Below, piece by piece: positions 27,328 through 38,948 of a stretch of DNA of 64,000 bases. The translations under genes and the position numbers were made by a program. The stretch comes from Cyanobacteria bacterium P01_A01_bin.123 (GTDB lineage Bacteria > Cyanobacteriota > Cyanobacteriia > Phormidesmidales > Phormidesmidaceae). The DNA lies in assembly GCA_039815185.1 (NCBI GenBank), contig JBCBZT010000024.1, positions 1 to 64,000 of the forward strand, read 5' to 3'. Numbering within the stretch: the first letter of the stretch is position 1; each line of letters begins with the position of its first letter. The notes beneath the pieces were generated by a model. The model was not told where the DNA came from. It ran no database searches and saw only the letters and a list, made by a program, of their open reading frames with translations.

Positions 27328-28137
27328 TCACGGAATGACGGTGATGATGCCGTGGCAGATGAGGCACTGATCTGCGATCGCCAGGGTTTGAATTTCTACC
27401 TCAGTGCCCAAATCAAGCCGAAAGTCCTTTAAAGCATCAACTTGTTGGGTTGGGGGTAGTTCATTTTCCCGCAATACCGGATTAACCAGTTTCAAATAGC
27501 GTCCCGCTTGAATCGCTAGCCCAGTTTGAATCTGGAGGGGGGTAAAGGCAGACGGCTCTGATTGAGGTGGGGTCAGGTGTAGGTCAATGTGTTGGGTCGC
27601 AAACGCCATTGTTGCTTGGATTTCAGCCTCAGGATTTTGATTGAGATAATGAATCAATTCCTGCAGGGTCGGCGGTGGTGTTGCAGCATGGCTAAGACGG
27701 GTTAAAAAGTCCCGGAGGCCACCCAATAACAGCGGCGATCGCAGGGATGCATTTAAATCCGCTTCGTTCAAAGAAATCTTGCCGTTCACCGGGAATGATT
27801 GCTTTAGCCTTAAGGGTTTACCCCGTAGGATTTGACCCAAATTGATTCGAATGCCCGTCGCGTTTAAGTCAACCTGGCTTAGGTATAGCCCTTGATAGAT
27901 CACGCCTGCTGCCGCGATCGCCAGTCCAGGAATATGGCCCGATAAAATCTGGCGATCGCGCCCTTCAATTACAAACTGTAAGTGCTCTACGCGCTCCACC
28001 TGAGACTGGAGCCACAGCCGAATGGCCGGGGGTAAAACCCGACTGATAATGCGACTCCCCCCTCTTCTGGTGTCATCGCCCTCACTAATGGCTTGGTTAT
28101 CAGTTTGTTTAGGTTCAAATTGTGGATCAATGTTCAT
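27328..28137 (-). CDS. DUF2993-family protein
   Basis: IRLWLQSQVE.VE.L...I.G...QILSG.IP; start taken at MNIDPQ (28137) but uncertain. Confidence 0.75.
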   Translation of the reverse strand: MNIDPQFEPKQTDNQAISEGDDTRRGGSRIISRVLPPAIRLWLQSQVERVEHLQFVIEGRDRQILSGHIPGLAIAAAGVIYQGLYLSQVDLNATGIRINLGQILRGKPLRLKQSFPVNGKISLNEADLNASLRSPLLLGGLRDFLTRLSHAATPPPTLQELIHYLNQNPEAEIQATMAFATQHIDLHLTPPQSEPSAFTPLQIQTGLAIQAGRYLKLVNPVLRENELPPTQQVDALKDFRLDLGTEVEIQTLAIADQCLICHGIITVIP

Positions 28138-28695
28138 GTAATTCTTGGGCTGGCATGCTGGGTTAGCGGAACATGAATAGGCATAAGACTCAATTCCTCT
28201 GAACGATTGTGCCATGTTATCCACTCATGCCCACGGACTATCAATGAGTCCTGAGTTTATCGCCGTAGCCCCCAAGCTTTGTGGCTACGGCGAGCCAGGT
28301 TTCCTGTGTGTTGAGCATCTCAGCGATACTCGGTGCATTAAGCAATCTGGCCAGCGCGATAACTCGGGATCAAATGTCAGGGCTTCCGGATTTCCATGAA
28401 AACAGCTCCAAGATCACGTGTTAAAATTTCATGACAATATGATCCCAAAACCCGCATAAAGTCGTCAAGTTTCTGAATATAGACTGATCCCACCCCTTGA
28501 TCCCCTCGCCAAAGTTTGTCATATTAATTCACAAAGTTGATCCCCGATGCGCTTCACTCGTAATCGAGGTCAGTCTTAACCCGATAAATCCATCCGATTT
28601 GAAGCCTTGAGTTTTCAGCTCACAGAGAATTATGGATCTGGATGTGGCCAAAGTTTAAATACCCGATCAGCATCAGTAGTTAAGGAGAGATTTTA

Positions 28696-29949
28696 ATGAC
28701 TTCAGAGCGTCCCCCCCTCGAAGAGATGACCCTGCGGCAACTCCGGAAAGTGGCCAGCGAGTACGAGATTTCTCGTTACAGTCGCATGCGTAAGACAGAG
28801 TTGGTTTCATCAATCCAAGCGGCTCAAGCTAGCCGTCGTCCTTCTCCGGTTCCGGCTACCGCTCCGGCTCCAGCCCCGACTTTTGAAGGGCAAGCTGAAG
28901 TTGAAGCGGCTAAGTTTGAAACGGCTGGCGAAAGTATCCCCCCTGAAGTACTGGCATCGGTTGATGAAGGACTACCCGACCTGCCTGACGGTTATGGTGA
29001 AAGCCGCATTGTGCTGTTGCCCCGTGACCCTCAGTGGGCCTACGTTTATTGGGATGTACCCAGCGGCCACAAGGAAGAATTACGGCGTCAAGGGGGTGCT
29101 CGTTTGGCGTTGCGCTTTTACGATGTCACCGACGTTGACCTCAACTCCCAAAGTCCCCACAGCCTACAGCAGTACGAGTGTGAGGAGATGGCACGGGAAT
29201 GGTATTTGCCGATTCCAGTCAGCGATCGCGACTATGTCGCTGAGATTGGCTATGTGTGCAATGACGGTCGTTGGTTAGTGCTGGCGCGCGCTATTCCGGT
29301 ACACATTCCCCCGGTTTATCCCTCCGACTGGATTGAAGATCAGTTCATCACCATCGACTGGGCTGAGGATATGCGTGGCAAGACCTATGCTCAACTTGTG
29401 CCGCCTAGCCGTAGACTGGCGGTCAATGCTGACAATCCCATCTACGACAACATCTTTGCCATGGCCCAGTCAGCTGAAGCGCAGCGAATTGCGGGCTCTC
29501 TATTTGGTTCCATGCAGCAGGTTCCTGAGCAAGCCGTTAGCTCCTACGTTTTCCCTTCCGGGGCTGGGCTTTGGGCTGTCCCTACTGCTTCTGGTGCAGG
29601 TATGACCATGTCGGGTGCAGGTTTAACCATGTCGGGTGCGGGCTTCTCCGCATCGGCTCCCCCGATTCGCCCCCGCCAGTTCTGGCTGGTTGCGGATGCT
29701 GAGTTGATTGTCTATGGTGCAACCGAGCCTGACGCGACGGTTACCATTGGAGGCAAGCCGATCAAGCTAAATTCTGATGGCACCTTCCGCTTCCAGATGT
29801 CTTTCCAAGACGGATTGATTGATTATCCAATCATGGCGGTTGCTGCTGACGGCGAACAAAACCGCTCTATCCACATGAAGTTCAACCGTGAAACGCCCTC
29901 TCGTCATACCAACACTAAGGAAGAAGCCGTTGAAGAGTGGCTGAGTTAA
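28696..29949 (+). CDS. Rho N-terminal-like plus DUF4912 protein
   Basis: LEEMTLRQLRKVA...SRMRK.EL, LPRDPQWAY.YWD, FWLVADAELIVYGATEPDA; AAGGAG RBS. Confidence 0.9.
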   Translation: MTSERPPLEEMTLRQLRKVASEYEISRYSRMRKTELVSSIQAAQASRRPSPVPATAPAPAPTFEGQAEVEAAKFETAGESIPPEVLASVDEGLPDLPDGYGESRIVLLPRDPQWAYVYWDVPSGHKEELRRQGGARLALRFYDVTDVDLNSQSPHSLQQYECEEMAREWYLPIPVSDRDYVAEIGYVCNDGRWLVLARAIPVHIPPVYPSDWIEDQFITIDWAEDMRGKTYAQLVPPSRRLAVNADNPIYDNIFAMAQSAEAQRIAGSLFGSMQQVPEQAVSSYVFPSGAGLWAVPTASGAGMTMSGAGLTMSGAGFSASAPPIRPRQFWLVADAELIVYGATEPDATVTIGGKPIKLNSDGTFRFQMSFQDGLIDYPIMAVAADGEQNRSIHMKFNRETPSRHTNTKEEAVEEWLS

Positions 29950-29999
29950 AGGCTATCGTTTCCTCACATTGCTGAATCCATCACTACGATTCAGAGTTT

Positions 30000-30029
30000 G
30001 CTCTCCCTAATCGGGAGAGCATTTTTTTT
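30000..30029 (+). terminator. Rho-independent terminator
   Basis: GCTCTCCC-TAATC-GGGAGAGC followed by ATTTTTTTT. Confidence 0.85.
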
Positions 30030-30337
30030 GCTTTAGCCACATTACTAATGACATCGGGGGAAAATCTCTCAGCTGAGACAGGCCCATTTTCGCTCCGCTG
30101 AAAGTTTGAGGATGATTAGAGCCTTCTACATATATCAATGTATCAATATGTTTATTTTGGGGAATATTGAAAGCAAGATATTTTGATCATCTGCTAATTA
30201 GCTCAATATTTTGCGCTAATTCTCTTGAATAGGCTGGTTTTTACGTCAGTAATCTTACGAGATGACTACGAGATGACAGTCATCACTTTGGTATCGGAGC
30301 ATCTATCAGTACTCTTTTTGAATCGCCATAAAGTGCT

Positions 30338-32842
30338 ATGACAAGCGACCCTTCACTAAAGCAGTCCCATACTAGACTTTGGCATCGCTTGTTCCGGCGA
30401 TCGCCCATGACAAAATCTGCACCCCAAGCAACAGCACCCACTCCGCTTAAGTTCAGTAACTTTTGGCTACGAGCGATTCTCGGTGGGACAACGATCTTCG
30501 TCTGCATCGCCAGCTATTGGAGTTACCAAGCCGTTCGCAATTTGCTGTTAGACAATCTTCAAGACAATGCCTTTCTGGAAGTGCAGCAAGGGGCCAACGA
30601 AATTGATGCTTGGTTGAGTAACCATAAAGCTGGAATGGCAGCTAGCGCTAACAATCCCGTCTTTCGGACGATGGATTGGGCTCAAATTGAACCTTATTTG
30701 CAATCTGAAGAACAGCGCCAACCTGAATTTATGTACTTCGGCATGATTGACGTCGATGGTTTTTTATACACGACGCTTCCTGAGCAACCCAAAGGTGAAA
30801 TCAACCTCAGCGATCGCGCCCACGTTAAAGGCGCATTAGCTGGGCAAAGTAGCTTATCCGATCCGCTCATTGCCCGCATTCCTGCTGGGAAACGGGTGGT
30901 TGCCTATGCAATTCCAGTTTGGTCAGGCGTTCCCCAAGCCAATCAGCCTTTGGGAGAGGTAATCGGCATGATGAACGGTGTGATCGGCATCGACATGATT
31001 ATCGACGTGATTAATAGCCTTAGCTATGGGGATAACAGCTATGCTTTAGCACTCAATTCTAAGGGAGAGGCAATTTTTCATCCCAATGCTGAGCTGATGT
31101 CCACGATTGAAAAACCGGCTCCCAGCTTGCTAGAGTCTGACGATCGCGGCTTGGCCCAGGTCTCCCAAAGCATGGTCAATCAGGAAACAGGACTCGATTT
31201 AGTTGAAATCGATGGCATCGAAAAATACGTTGCCTACGTGCCCCTAGAAGAGGCGGATTGGTCGGTTGCGCTGGTAATTCCCCGCGAAAATATTGAAGCG
31301 CAGTTACGCCCACTCGATCTGATTGCCATCGTCATCGTGGGATTGACTGGCACCATGATTGCTGTCCTGTGGCAGGTGCAGTCGTTTGAACAGCAACAAC
31401 TCAAACGATCCAAAGCCACTGCTGATGCAGCCAACCAAGCCAAAAGCGAATTTTTGGCGAATATGAGCCATGAACTGCGCACTCCCCTCAACGGCATTTT
31501 AGGCTATGCCCAGATTCTGGGACGATCGCACACTTGGGGTGAGAAAGAGCACAAGGGGATTGATATCATTCATCGATGCGCCACCCACTTGCTGACGCTG
31601 ATTAACGACATTCTCGATTTATCGAAGATTGAAGCGCGTCGGTTAGAAGTCATTCCGCAACCGCTTCATTTACCGGCTTTCCTTCAGGGCGTGGTGGAAA
31701 TGAGTCGAATCCGCGCAGAGCAGAAAAAGCTGGAGTTTAATTACTTACCGGATCCCATCCTGCCTGAAGGGATTAAGGCTGACGAGAAACTCCTGCGTCA
31801 GGTCTTGATCAACCTCCTAGGCAACGCGGTTAAATTTACCGATCAAGGGGCAGTGACGCTGAAAGTGAGTGTCTTAGGTGAAAGCACCGCACCATCCACA
31901 GCTCGGTTACGCTTCCAAGTAGAAGACACAGGCGTTGGCATTGCCCCTGATGCCTTGGACACTATTTTTAAGCCCTTTGAACAGGTCGGGGAACAGAAAC
32001 GTCAGTCAGAAGGCACCGGGTTGGGGTTGGCGATTAGCTATCGCATTGTTAAAACTATGGGCACCGATCTTAAGGTGGAAAGCCAGCTTGGGGTCGGTAG
32101 CACTTTTTACTTTGAACTAGATGTGCCGTTAGCCGCCGAATGGCGACACGCAGCCAGTACCTTATCCCAGGGTGAAGTGATGGGATACGCGGGCGATCGC
32201 AAGACTATTCTGATCGTTGATGATAAATGGGAAAATCGTTCAGTCATCGTCAATTTGCTAGAGCCCATCGGATTTGACGTGATCGAAGCTGAAAATGGAA
32301 AAACAGGTTTAGAAAAAGCTCACGCGCAAAAGCCAGACTTGATTATCACTGACCTGGTAATGCCAGTAATGGATGGCTATAAATTCATGCAGCAACTGCG
32401 TCAATCTGACGAGCTAAAGGCGACCAAAGTGATTGTGTCATCGGCGTCTGTCTCCCAGATGGATCGCCAAGCGAGTTTAGAGACGGGGGGTGATGATTTC
32501 TTGGCGAAACCTGTTCATGCGGATGAACTCTTTCCCTTGCTGCAGCAATATCTAGGGTTGGACTGGAAGTGTGCGCCGACCCACTTGCCATCTGAAGCTG
32601 TGAAAATTAGCCTTAATTCGTCGAGTGACAGAATAGACAAGATCGCAGTGCCAACCACAGACGTGTTGCAACATCTGTTGCAACTTGCAGAACAGGGACG
32701 CTTGAAAACCTTACAAACCGAACTGCAAGATCTGGCCCAAGCCAATGGAGACTACACTCCCTTTGCCCAACAACTCCAAGCCTGGGCAAAACAGTTCCAA
32801 GCTGAGAAAATCGAACACTTCATCCAACAACATCTAGCCTGA
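30338..32842 (+). CDS. Hybrid sensor histidine kinase (periplasmic Cache, HisKA, HATPase, REC)
   Basis: Two TM helices around a Cache-like region, [25 protein letters not shown]...DLVMP. Confidence 0.95.
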   Translation: MTSDPSLKQSHTRLWHRLFRRSPMTKSAPQATAPTPLKFSNFWLRAILGGTTIFVCIASYWSYQAVRNLLLDNLQDNAFLEVQQGANEIDAWLSNHKAGMAASANNPVFRTMDWAQIEPYLQSEEQRQPEFMYFGMIDVDGFLYTTLPEQPKGEINLSDRAHVKGALAGQSSLSDPLIARIPAGKRVVAYAIPVWSGVPQANQPLGEVIGMMNGVIGIDMIIDVINSLSYGDNSYALALNSKGEAIFHPNAELMSTIEKPAPSLLESDDRGLAQVSQSMVNQETGLDLVEIDGIEKYVAYVPLEEADWSVALVIPRENIEAQLRPLDLIAIVIVGLTGTMIAVLWQVQSFEQQQLKRSKATADAANQAKSEFLANMSHELRTPLNGILGYAQILGRSHTWGEKEHKGIDIIHRCATHLLTLINDILDLSKIEARRLEVIPQPLHLPAFLQGVVEMSRIRAEQKKLEFNYLPDPILPEGIKADEKLLRQVLINLLGNAVKFTDQGAVTLKVSVLGESTAPSTARLRFQVEDTGVGIAPDALDTIFKPFEQVGEQKRQSEGTGLGLAISYRIVKTMGTDLKVESQLGVGSTFYFELDVPLAAEWRHAASTLSQGEVMGYAGDRKTILIVDDKWENRSVIVNLLEPIGFDVIEAENGKTGLEKAHAQKPDLIITDLVMPVMDGYKFMQQLRQSDELKATKVIVSSASVSQMDRQASLETGGDDFLAKPVHADELFPLLQQYLGLDWKCAPTHLPSEAVKISLNSSSDRIDKIAVPTTDVLQHLLQLAEQGRLKTLQTELQDLAQANGDYTPFAQQLQAWAKQFQAEKIEHFIQQHLA

Positions 32843-32856
32843 GAGAGGGACACCCT

Positions 32857-34227
32857 ATGACGGATTCATCATTAATTGGGCTAATCCTGGTTGTGGATGA
32901 TACTCCTGCAAATTTAGAAGTGATATCTGAAGCCTTAACCGATGCTGGCTATGAGGTTGCCACTGCACTCAGCGGCGATCGCGCCCTCAAACAAATTCAA
33001 CATCGCGCCCCGGATTTAATCCTGCTAGATATTCAAATGCCCGGCATAGATGGCTTTGAGACTTGTCGTCAGCTTAAAGAAAATGCCAAGACAGCTGATA
33101 TTCCGATTATCTTTATGACGGCGCTGTCCGATGCAGAAAGTAAAGTCAAAGCCTTCAACATCGGTGCCGTAGATTATGTGACCAAACCATTTCAGGAAAA
33201 AGAAGTGCTTGCCCGGGTCAACACCCACTTGAAATTGCACCAGTTGAATCAAACTTTGGAACAACGTGTCGCAGAGCGAACCGCAGCATTAACGACCACC
33301 CTCGAACAGCTCAAACAGTCTCAACTCCAATTAATTCAGCAGGAAAAATTTTCGGCACTGGGTGGGTTAGTGGCTGGGGTAGCCCATGAAATCAATAATC
33401 CTGTTGGGTTTATCGCCGGTAATTTGAAACCGGCGATAAACTATGTCCAAGACGTATTTGGGCTGTTGGAACTCTACCAAACCCGCTTCCCAGAACCTGG
33501 AGAGGAGATCTTTGAGGAAATCGAAGCGATTGATTTAGACTACATTCGCGAGGATTTACCCAAGCTATTGGGTTCTATGCAAGCAGGCACCGATCGGATT
33601 CGCAGCATCAGTCGTAGCTTACGAACCTTTTCTAGAGCTGATGGCGATCGCAAAGTTCCCTACAACTTGCATGAAGGGCTAGAAAGTACGTTGATGATTC
33701 TCAAACATCGCCTCAAGGCCAATGAATCTCGGCCTGCGATTGAAATCATTAAAGACTATGGATTTGTCCCTGAAGTGGACTGCTTCCCAAGCCAGATCAA
33801 TCAGGTGTTTATGAACTTACTGGCCAACGCAATTGAGGCTTTGGAAGAGTCAAATCAAAACCGCAGTTTTGCCGATATTGAAGCCAGTCCCAATCAAATT
33901 TGGATCCAGATTCAGTTCTCTGCGGATCAAAAGGCTGTGACGGTTCAGATTCAAGATAATGGGGTGGGTATTCCAGAAACGATTCAGTCCCAGCTCTTTG
34001 ATCATTTCACCACCAAACCCATGGGTCAGGGCACCGGATTGGGGCTCTCGATCGCGCGCCAAATTGTGGTCACCAACCATCAGGGCAACATTGAGGTTCA
34101 TTCAACGCCGAATCAAGGCGCAACCTTTATGATTCAGCTGCCGATCAAAGCTGCCGATCCGAATCAGGATTCTGCTGATTTGAGGGATGCCTCAGAAGCC
34201 ATGACCGTTGCAATCGGCCAACACTAA
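32857..34227 (+). CDS. Response regulator-histidine kinase hybrid (REC, HisKA, HATPase)
   Basis: VVDD...LLDIQMP, AHEINNP, NLLANA, TTKPMGQGTGLGL. Confidence 0.95.
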   Translation: MTDSSLIGLILVVDDTPANLEVISEALTDAGYEVATALSGDRALKQIQHRAPDLILLDIQMPGIDGFETCRQLKENAKTADIPIIFMTALSDAESKVKAFNIGAVDYVTKPFQEKEVLARVNTHLKLHQLNQTLEQRVAERTAALTTTLEQLKQSQLQLIQQEKFSALGGLVAGVAHEINNPVGFIAGNLKPAINYVQDVFGLLELYQTRFPEPGEEIFEEIEAIDLDYIREDLPKLLGSMQAGTDRIRSISRSLRTFSRADGDRKVPYNLHEGLESTLMILKHRLKANESRPAIEIIKDYGFVPEVDCFPSQINQVFMNLLANAIEALEESNQNRSFADIEASPNQIWIQIQFSADQKAVTVQIQDNGVGIPETIQSQLFDHFTTKPMGQGTGLGLSIARQIVVTNHQGNIEVHSTPNQGATFMIQLPIKAADPNQDSADLRDASEAMTVAIGQH

Positions 34228-34456
34228 GAGATGAGTGATCACCCTGGAATATCAATCTCCACAGTGCTGGATATAGTAGTCGGCCAGCGGGCCAGAACCC
34301 GGATAAGAGCCAGATTACCTGTAGACTAAGTACGCCAGTGATACTGGGTATATTGAGCCAGCTTGCTAGAGCAATAGAGTCGGATAAACCCCATTGCTAT
34401 TTCGAGGATTTGTGCCAGCTGATCTAGAATTTAGACGTCTTTTGTAGCGCTCTCCT

Positions 34457-35095
34457 ATGGTTACGACACCTTTGGCTCCGCCATCTGAATTAATCCACCT
34501 GTCGGGGATTAGTTGGCATACTTATGAGGCATTACTGAGAGAGCTGAGCGATCGCCGTCTACGCCTCACCTACAATCGCGGCAATCTGGAAATTATGGCA
34601 CCTTCTCCAGAACATGAATTGCATAAAACACTCATGGGACGCTTTGTAGAAACGCTGGCTGAGGAGTCAGCCATGCAAATCTATCCTTTGGGATCAACAA
34701 CATTCAAGCGTCCTGAATTGAGTGGTGCGGAGCCGGATGAGTGCTTTTATATTCGTCGGATTGCTGCTGTACAGGGGAAGAAAAGGCTCGACCTTGATGA
34801 AGACCCGGCCCCTGATCTAGTGGTGGAGATTGATGTCACGAGTAGTTCGCGCAATCGCCTCCAGGTTTATGCCGATTTAGGTGTCACAGAGGTTTGGATC
34901 TATGACGGGGAATCTCTCTCCATCCAGCAGTTACAAGAGGGCACTTTCCATCCTTACCAAACGAGTCAATTTTTTCCAACTATCCCAATTTCAGAGATTG
35001 CTGGATTTTTGCAGCAGGCAGAAACCCAAGACTATCTGGAGTTGGTGAAGTCATTCCGATATTGGGTGAGGGGTCAGATTAAGCAAGAATCATAA
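34457..35095 (+). CDS. Uma2-family (PD-D/ExK) endonuclease-like protein
   Basis: GISW.TYE.LL, LEIMAPSPEHE, EPDECFY, PDLVVEID. Confidence 0.92.
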   Translation: MVTTPLAPPSELIHLSGISWHTYEALLRELSDRRLRLTYNRGNLEIMAPSPEHELHKTLMGRFVETLAEESAMQIYPLGSTTFKRPELSGAEPDECFYIRRIAAVQGKKRLDLDEDPAPDLVVEIDVTSSSRNRLQVYADLGVTEVWIYDGESLSIQQLQEGTFHPYQTSQFFPTIPISEIAGFLQQAETQDYLELVKSFRYWVRGQIKQES

Positions 35096-35127
35096 TGTAA
35101 GCGGGTTAGGGGTAAAAGCGTCGACTG

Positions 35128-36474
35128 CTAGTCCGCGATCGCCTGACACAATTCCCTAAAGTGATCGCCACGATGTTCGAAACTTTGGTATTGGTCAAAA
35201 CTCGCACAGGCTGGGGAGAGCAATAGAGCTTTAGCCTGGTGTTTGGCCCCGAGTTCAATCCCCCGTTCTACGGCGCGATCCATGGTTTCGACCATCTCGT
35301 AGGTATGATAATCGGTTTCGGTTAGGCGTTGGGCAAAGCTTTCAGCGGCATCGCCAATCAGTAGTACTGTGACTGCCTTGGCGTGGATAGCTTGTAGCCA
35401 TGCCTGGTCGTCTCCTTCTTTGGGGTCGCCCCCCGCGATCAAAATCACCGGGGCTTCTATGGCATTCAGTCCGACCGCTGCGGCATCGTAGTTGGTCGCT
35501 TTGCTGTCGTTGATCAAAATCAATCCTTGATAAGTCCCGACTTGCTCCAAACGATGGGGCACGCCAGGGAAGGTTGCAATTGCGTCTGCGATCGCTTGTG
35601 GAGCTATCTCTGCCAAGCAGGCTGCTGTCACCGCCAGCAGCAAATTTTGTTGGTTGTGTTGCCCCACCATCTTTAGGGCCGCTGTTTCGACAACGGGCGT
35701 GCCTCGAAACCGCACCCAACCCTGCTCGACCCAAGTCGTGGGGGTCAAGGGCGCGATCGCCGGTTTGCCGTTTACGCTGGTCCAGTGAGCATCGGCCCAA
35801 TCAGTGCCAATGTGGTGTCGCAGGTAAGGGTCGTCCCCGTTGAAAACGGGGAGTTCGCTCCGCTGAAGCAAGCTGGCTTTGATGTTGAAATAGTTCGCCA
35901 GGGTTTTATGGCGGCTGAGATGGTCGGGGGTAAAGGTTGTCCACACTCCAATTTTGGGGGCCAGGGTAGGCGCGGCTTCTACCTGATAACTGCTCACTTC
36001 TGCAATCACCCAGTCAGGAATAGTAGGCCCCAAAGCCAATTCACAGGCAGCATAGCCAATGTTGCCGCAGGCGGGCGCGTAGAACCCTGCCGCTTTGAAG
36101 ATAGCTGCTATCAAGGCCGTAGTAGTCGTTTTGCCATTGGTACCTGTGACCCCTACCCAGGGACGATCTTGCAGGTAACGCCAGGCTAATTCCATTTCGC
36201 CAACAGTTTCAACCCCTCTATCTTGGGCGCTCGTCACTAGGGGGGAATCCCAAGGAACCCCAGGGCTGATCACTAGCAGATTCACTGGATCTGCTGCCGA
36301 GAAGGTATGCCCCAACTTGACGGTAATCCCCGCCTGCACCAGGGTATTGTGAGCATCCACCATGGCTGGGGAACGATTGCGATCGCTGAGGGTGACTTGC
36401 CAACCTTCTTGATGGAGTAATCGAGCAGCGGCGATGCCAGACCTGCCAAGACCAATAACGTGGGCGTTTTTCAT
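35128..36474 (-). CDS. murD: UDP-N-acetylmuramoyl-L-alanine--D-glutamate ligase
   Basis: GLGRSG, ISPG, TGTNGKTTT, NDSKATN, LLSPACASFDQY. Confidence 0.97.
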   Translation of the reverse strand: MKNAHVIGLGRSGIAAARLLHQEGWQVTLSDRNRSPAMVDAHNTLVQAGITVKLGHTFSAADPVNLLVISPGVPWDSPLVTSAQDRGVETVGEMELAWRYLQDRPWVGVTGTNGKTTTTALIAAIFKAAGFYAPACGNIGYAACELALGPTIPDWVIAEVSSYQVEAAPTLAPKIGVWTTFTPDHLSRHKTLANYFNIKASLLQRSELPVFNGDDPYLRHHIGTDWADAHWTSVNGKPAIAPLTPTTWVEQGWVRFRGTPVVETAALKMVGQHNQQNLLLAVTAACLAEIAPQAIADAIATFPGVPHRLEQVGTYQGLILINDSKATNYDAAAVGLNAIEAPVILIAGGDPKEGDDQAWLQAIHAKAVTVLLIGDAAESFAQRLTETDYHTYEMVETMDRAVERGIELGAKHQAKALLLSPACASFDQYQSFEHRGDHFRELCQAIAD

Positions 36475-36495
36475 GATCTTATTGATACAAGCTAT

Positions 36496-38649
36496 TTATG
36501 TGACGATGGCCCCAAAGTCAGCCAGTATGCGGGCGTGGTTGCGCAGTAGTCCCAATAGGTTAAGGCGATTGCGCTTAATATCCGGGTTCTCGTCCATCAC
36601 GAGGACACTCTCTGGCCCATCAAAAAAGCCACTGACGATGGGTGCTGCCTTGGCTAGGCCAGCCACTAGTTTGCCGTAGTTGCGTTCAGCCCGAGCCGCT
36701 TGGGTTTGAGGGACTAAAGTTTGGATGGCCTGATAGAATTTCTGCTCTGAAGGCTGTTGGAATCGTTTAGCGTTGACCACTGTGTCGGGTTCTAAGGTTT
36801 GGGTGTCAAGGTCACCCCGGGCCGCAAGGCGAGAAGCTCGATTGACCGTGGCATAAATGGTGTCCAGCCTACCGTCTTGGCGGATAGCTTGCAGGAACCG
36901 GGCGCGATCGCTCACATCTCGCAAATCTATCAAGGCGCGTTCGCCAAATTCGGGGTCGTCTTCCCCCAATACAGCGTTGACCAAGTCGTAGTCAATTCCC
37001 TGCTCGTCTTGCAGCAGGGTGCGAATACGCTGGAGGAAAAAATCTTCAAGCAGCCCTTGCAGTGCTCCAGCATCTTTAGCAGGACTGTTAGGGGAAGCGG
37101 CAAAATCTGCAATGACCTCAGTTAGCAATGCCTTAAGGTTGAGTGACAGTTCGGCATGCCAGGTGATGCTGACGATCGCGTTGGCGGCTCGCCTTAGGGC
37201 GAAAGGATCAGAGGACCCCGACGGCAGTTTACCCAGGCTAAAAATGCCCACTAAGGTATCGAGGCGATCGGCAATGCCGACAACTTGACCGATCGGCGTT
37301 TGGGGCAAATCATCGCCGGCCCCGCGCGGTAAATAATGTTCAAAAATAGCCGTAGCCACGGCCTCTGGTTCCCCACCATGGCGAGCATACTTTTGCCCCA
37401 TCACCCCCTGGAGTTCGGGAAATTCACCGACCATTTGGCTGACCAGGTCGGCCTTACACAGCAATGCTGCCCGTTGAACCCAGGCGCGATCGCTTGGGGA
37501 AAGGTTCAACTGGGCCGCAATTCGTGCGGCAATGGTGCCAATGCGAGACACTTTTGCCCGCACTGATCCTAAACTTTCTTCAAACGTGACGGTCTCCAGC
37601 TTGTCCACAAAATGGTCGAGGGAGACCTGACGATCGGCATCAAAGAAAAACTTGCCATCCGACAGCCTTGCTCGAATCACCCGTCCGTTCCCTTCCGCAA
37701 TCAGCGCTGATTTTGTCGGGTCGCCGTTTGAAATTGTGATGAAATAGGGCAGTAAGGTATCGGCATCTGCTGTCGCCTTGATCGGGAAATAGCGCTGATG
37801 GCTTTCCATTTCGATGATGGCGACCTCTGGCGGCAGATCTAGAAATTCAGCGTCAAACTGGCCGACCACTGCCGTCGGCCACTCCACCAGATGAGTCACT
37901 TCGTCCAACAACGCTTCAGAGATTACTGCGTGACCTTTGATCGTCGCTGCCGCCGCCGCTACCTGCTGTTGAATCAAACTGCGCCGCTCGTTTGGGTCAA
38001 CCATCACCGCGGCTGCTTTCAACGCGTCTTGATAGGTTTGAGCTTGGACTAAGGTAATGGGTGCTGGATGGAGCACCCGGTGCCCTTGGGAAACGCGATC
38101 GCTGGTGCAGGTTTCCGAGCCGTTTTCTAGCGTAATGTCGATCAAGGCATCATCTAACAAAGTCACCAGCCAACGAATCGGCCGAGGGAACCGTAAATCA
38201 CCATCTCCCCAACGCATAAACCGCTTACCCTCCAGGCCAAAAATCCACTGGGGAATCAGCGCTTGCAAAATCTCTGTCGTCGCCTGTCCTGGAATTTTTT
38301 GCTGCACAAAGACGAATGGCCCTTTGTCCGTGTCTCGGATTTCCAGGGCGTCTAGATTAACCCCGCGCGATTTGGCAAACCCTTCAGCCGCCTTAGTGGG
38401 TTTGCCATCTTTGAAGGCTGCTTTGGCGGGGGGCCCTTTCACGTCTTCTTCGCGGTCGCTTTGGCGCTCCGGCAACCCTTCGATCACCACAGCTAGCCGT
38501 CGGGGAGTGCCGTAAAGCTTAATGGCCTCGGGGAGCAAAAACGCTTCACTGAGGCTGGCGGTGATCCGCGATCGCCACTGCTCTATCGCATCCCCCACAA
38601 AACTTGCGGGGAGTTCCTCGGTGCCCACTTCCAGCAAAAACGTTGCCAT
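36496..38649 (-). CDS. glyS: Glycine--tRNA ligase beta subunit
   Basis: [43 protein letters not shown]. Confidence 0.97.
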   Translation of the reverse strand: MATFLLEVGTEELPASFVGDAIEQWRSRITASLSEAFLLPEAIKLYGTPRRLAVVIEGLPERQSDREEDVKGPPAKAAFKDGKPTKAAEGFAKSRGVNLDALEIRDTDKGPFVFVQQKIPGQATTEILQALIPQWIFGLEGKRFMRWGDGDLRFPRPIRWLVTLLDDALIDITLENGSETCTSDRVSQGHRVLHPAPITLVQAQTYQDALKAAAVMVDPNERRSLIQQQVAAAAATIKGHAVISEALLDEVTHLVEWPTAVVGQFDAEFLDLPPEVAIIEMESHQRYFPIKATADADTLLPYFITISNGDPTKSALIAEGNGRVIRARLSDGKFFFDADRQVSLDHFVDKLETVTFEESLGSVRAKVSRIGTIAARIAAQLNLSPSDRAWVQRAALLCKADLVSQMVGEFPELQGVMGQKYARHGGEPEAVATAIFEHYLPRGAGDDLPQTPIGQVVGIADRLDTLVGIFSLGKLPSGSSDPFALRRAANAIVSITWHAELSLNLKALLTEVIADFAASPNSPAKDAGALQGLLEDFFLQRIRTLLQDEQGIDYDLVNAVLGEDDPEFGERALIDLRDVSDRARFLQAIRQDGRLDTIYATVNRASRLAARGDLDTQTLEPDTVVNAKRFQQPSEQKFYQAIQTLVPQTQAARAERNYGKLVAGLAKAAPIVSGFFDGPESVLVMDENPDIKRNRLNLLGLLRNHARILADFGAIVT

Positions 38650-38948
38650 AGCCCGCCAGACTTTTGTTTTACCGTCAAATTTTCAGCTTCCCCAGTGTAC
38701 CGTGAGCCTGAGGGGTTGGATAGGGAAAGCGTGTGAGACTCGATCCAAATCCCTTGTGGCCAATTCCGCCACGACAGACCAATCCTTCAGGCTACTCAAG
38801 CTTGACTGATAAGAGACCTCCATTAGGATACACTCTGGTTTTAGGTAGGCTGGGTTTGGCAGGGTTCAAGCCCCTTGTGACGTCTTGATTTTGCTACCCC
38901 TATGCCTTTTCCCATTGTTGAAATCCGGGTTAGATAGGTCTCAACCGT

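Noticed and set aside
29560..29650. SGAG repeats in the DUF4912 gene
   Set aside because: A usual feature of this family as I recall it; not unusual.
30338..34227. Kinase pair as regulator of the CIS
   Set aside because: Common cyanobacterial architecture, separated from the CIS by housekeeping genes; no linking evidence.
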